Shown here one piece after another: positions 63,669 through 64,000 of a stretch of 64,000 nucleotides of DNA. The DNA lies in contig JADKJG010000002.1 in the NCBI GenBank assembly GCA_016722375.1, positions 268,389 through 332,388 on the forward strand. Reading direction: 5' to 3'. A program made the translations under genes and the position numbers. Position 1 is the stretch's first letter. Every line of letters starts with the position of its first letter. Source of the DNA: Bacteroidota bacterium (GTDB taxonomy: Bacteria; Bacteroidota; Bacteroidia; Chitinophagales; LD1). The notes under the pieces were generated by a model. That model saw only the letters and a list, made by a program, of their open reading frames with translations, was not told where the DNA came from and did not search any database.

Positions 63669-64000
63669 ATGAGTGACGATTTAACACCAGACAACCCCAA
63701 TGAGGGGGCAGACCAGAATCTGCGCAATCAACCCCGGATAATACCTATTAATATAGAAGAGGAAATGAAAACCGCCTACATTGATTATTCAATGTCGGTG
63801 ATTGTTTCTCGCGCTATCCCCGATGTGCGTGATGGGCTGAAGCCGGTGCATCGCCGGGTTTTGTTCGCCATGAACGAACTGGGTCTCAGTCCGGGCAAAC
63901 CTTATAAAAAGTCGGCGAGAATAGTGGGAGAGGTGCTAGGTAAGTATCACCCCCACGGCGATAGTTCGGTTTATGATGCGATGGTTCGTATGGCTCAAGA
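63669..64000 (+). CDS. gyrA: DNA gyrase subunit A, 5' part only (runs off the window)
   Basis: The ATG at 63669 gives ...[47 protein letters not shown]...[30 protein letters not shown]. It is absent from the ORF track because it has no stop inside the window. Confidence 0.95.
   Translation, partial: MSDDLTPDNPNEGADQNLRNQPRIIPINIEEEMKTAYIDYSMSVIVSRAIPDVRDGLKPVHRRVLFAMNELGLSPGKPYKKSARIVGEVLGKYHPHGDSSVYDAMVRMAQ

Overview
This is a 64-kb chromosomal segment from a Bacteroidota-type genome. The assignment rests on type A and type B T9SS C-terminal sorting domains, a ~285-aa primary sigma factor, DUF4159 and DUF4783 proteins, and a TTG/TAnnTTTG-type promoter box. I count about 55 genes, mostly housekeeping: trxB, dnaE, fabD, folE-queD, a biotin carboxylase, the rpsP-rimM-trmD-rplS operon, rsmE, pyrD, rpoD, alaS, gatB, pyrE, aroC, nadC, gpmI, pruA, rseP, rluD, recQ and the 5' part of gyrA. 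Between them lie very large PKD/SprB-repeat surface proteins that are T9SS cargo, small secreted proteins and lipoproteins, and one RelE/ParE-type toxin-antitoxin pair. I saw no rRNA, tRNA, CRISPR array, transposase or integrase. Two things are not explained by ordinary annotation. (1) Five long tandem arrays and one short one all sit in intergenic DNA. Their unit sequences differ between arrays, but every array has the same 21-bp period, and most have a dyad-symmetric core in each unit. These arrays also create the pile-ups of overlapping ORFs in the six-frame track. (2) Conserved, normally essential genes are disrupted unusually often. I found 10 frameshifts, mostly in short mononucleotide runs, and 2 in-frame TGA codons (trmD, nadC). 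This looks more like sequencing or assembly error than biology, but it needs read-level checking. alaS is also a strong codon-usage outlier, with G/T at third codon positions.
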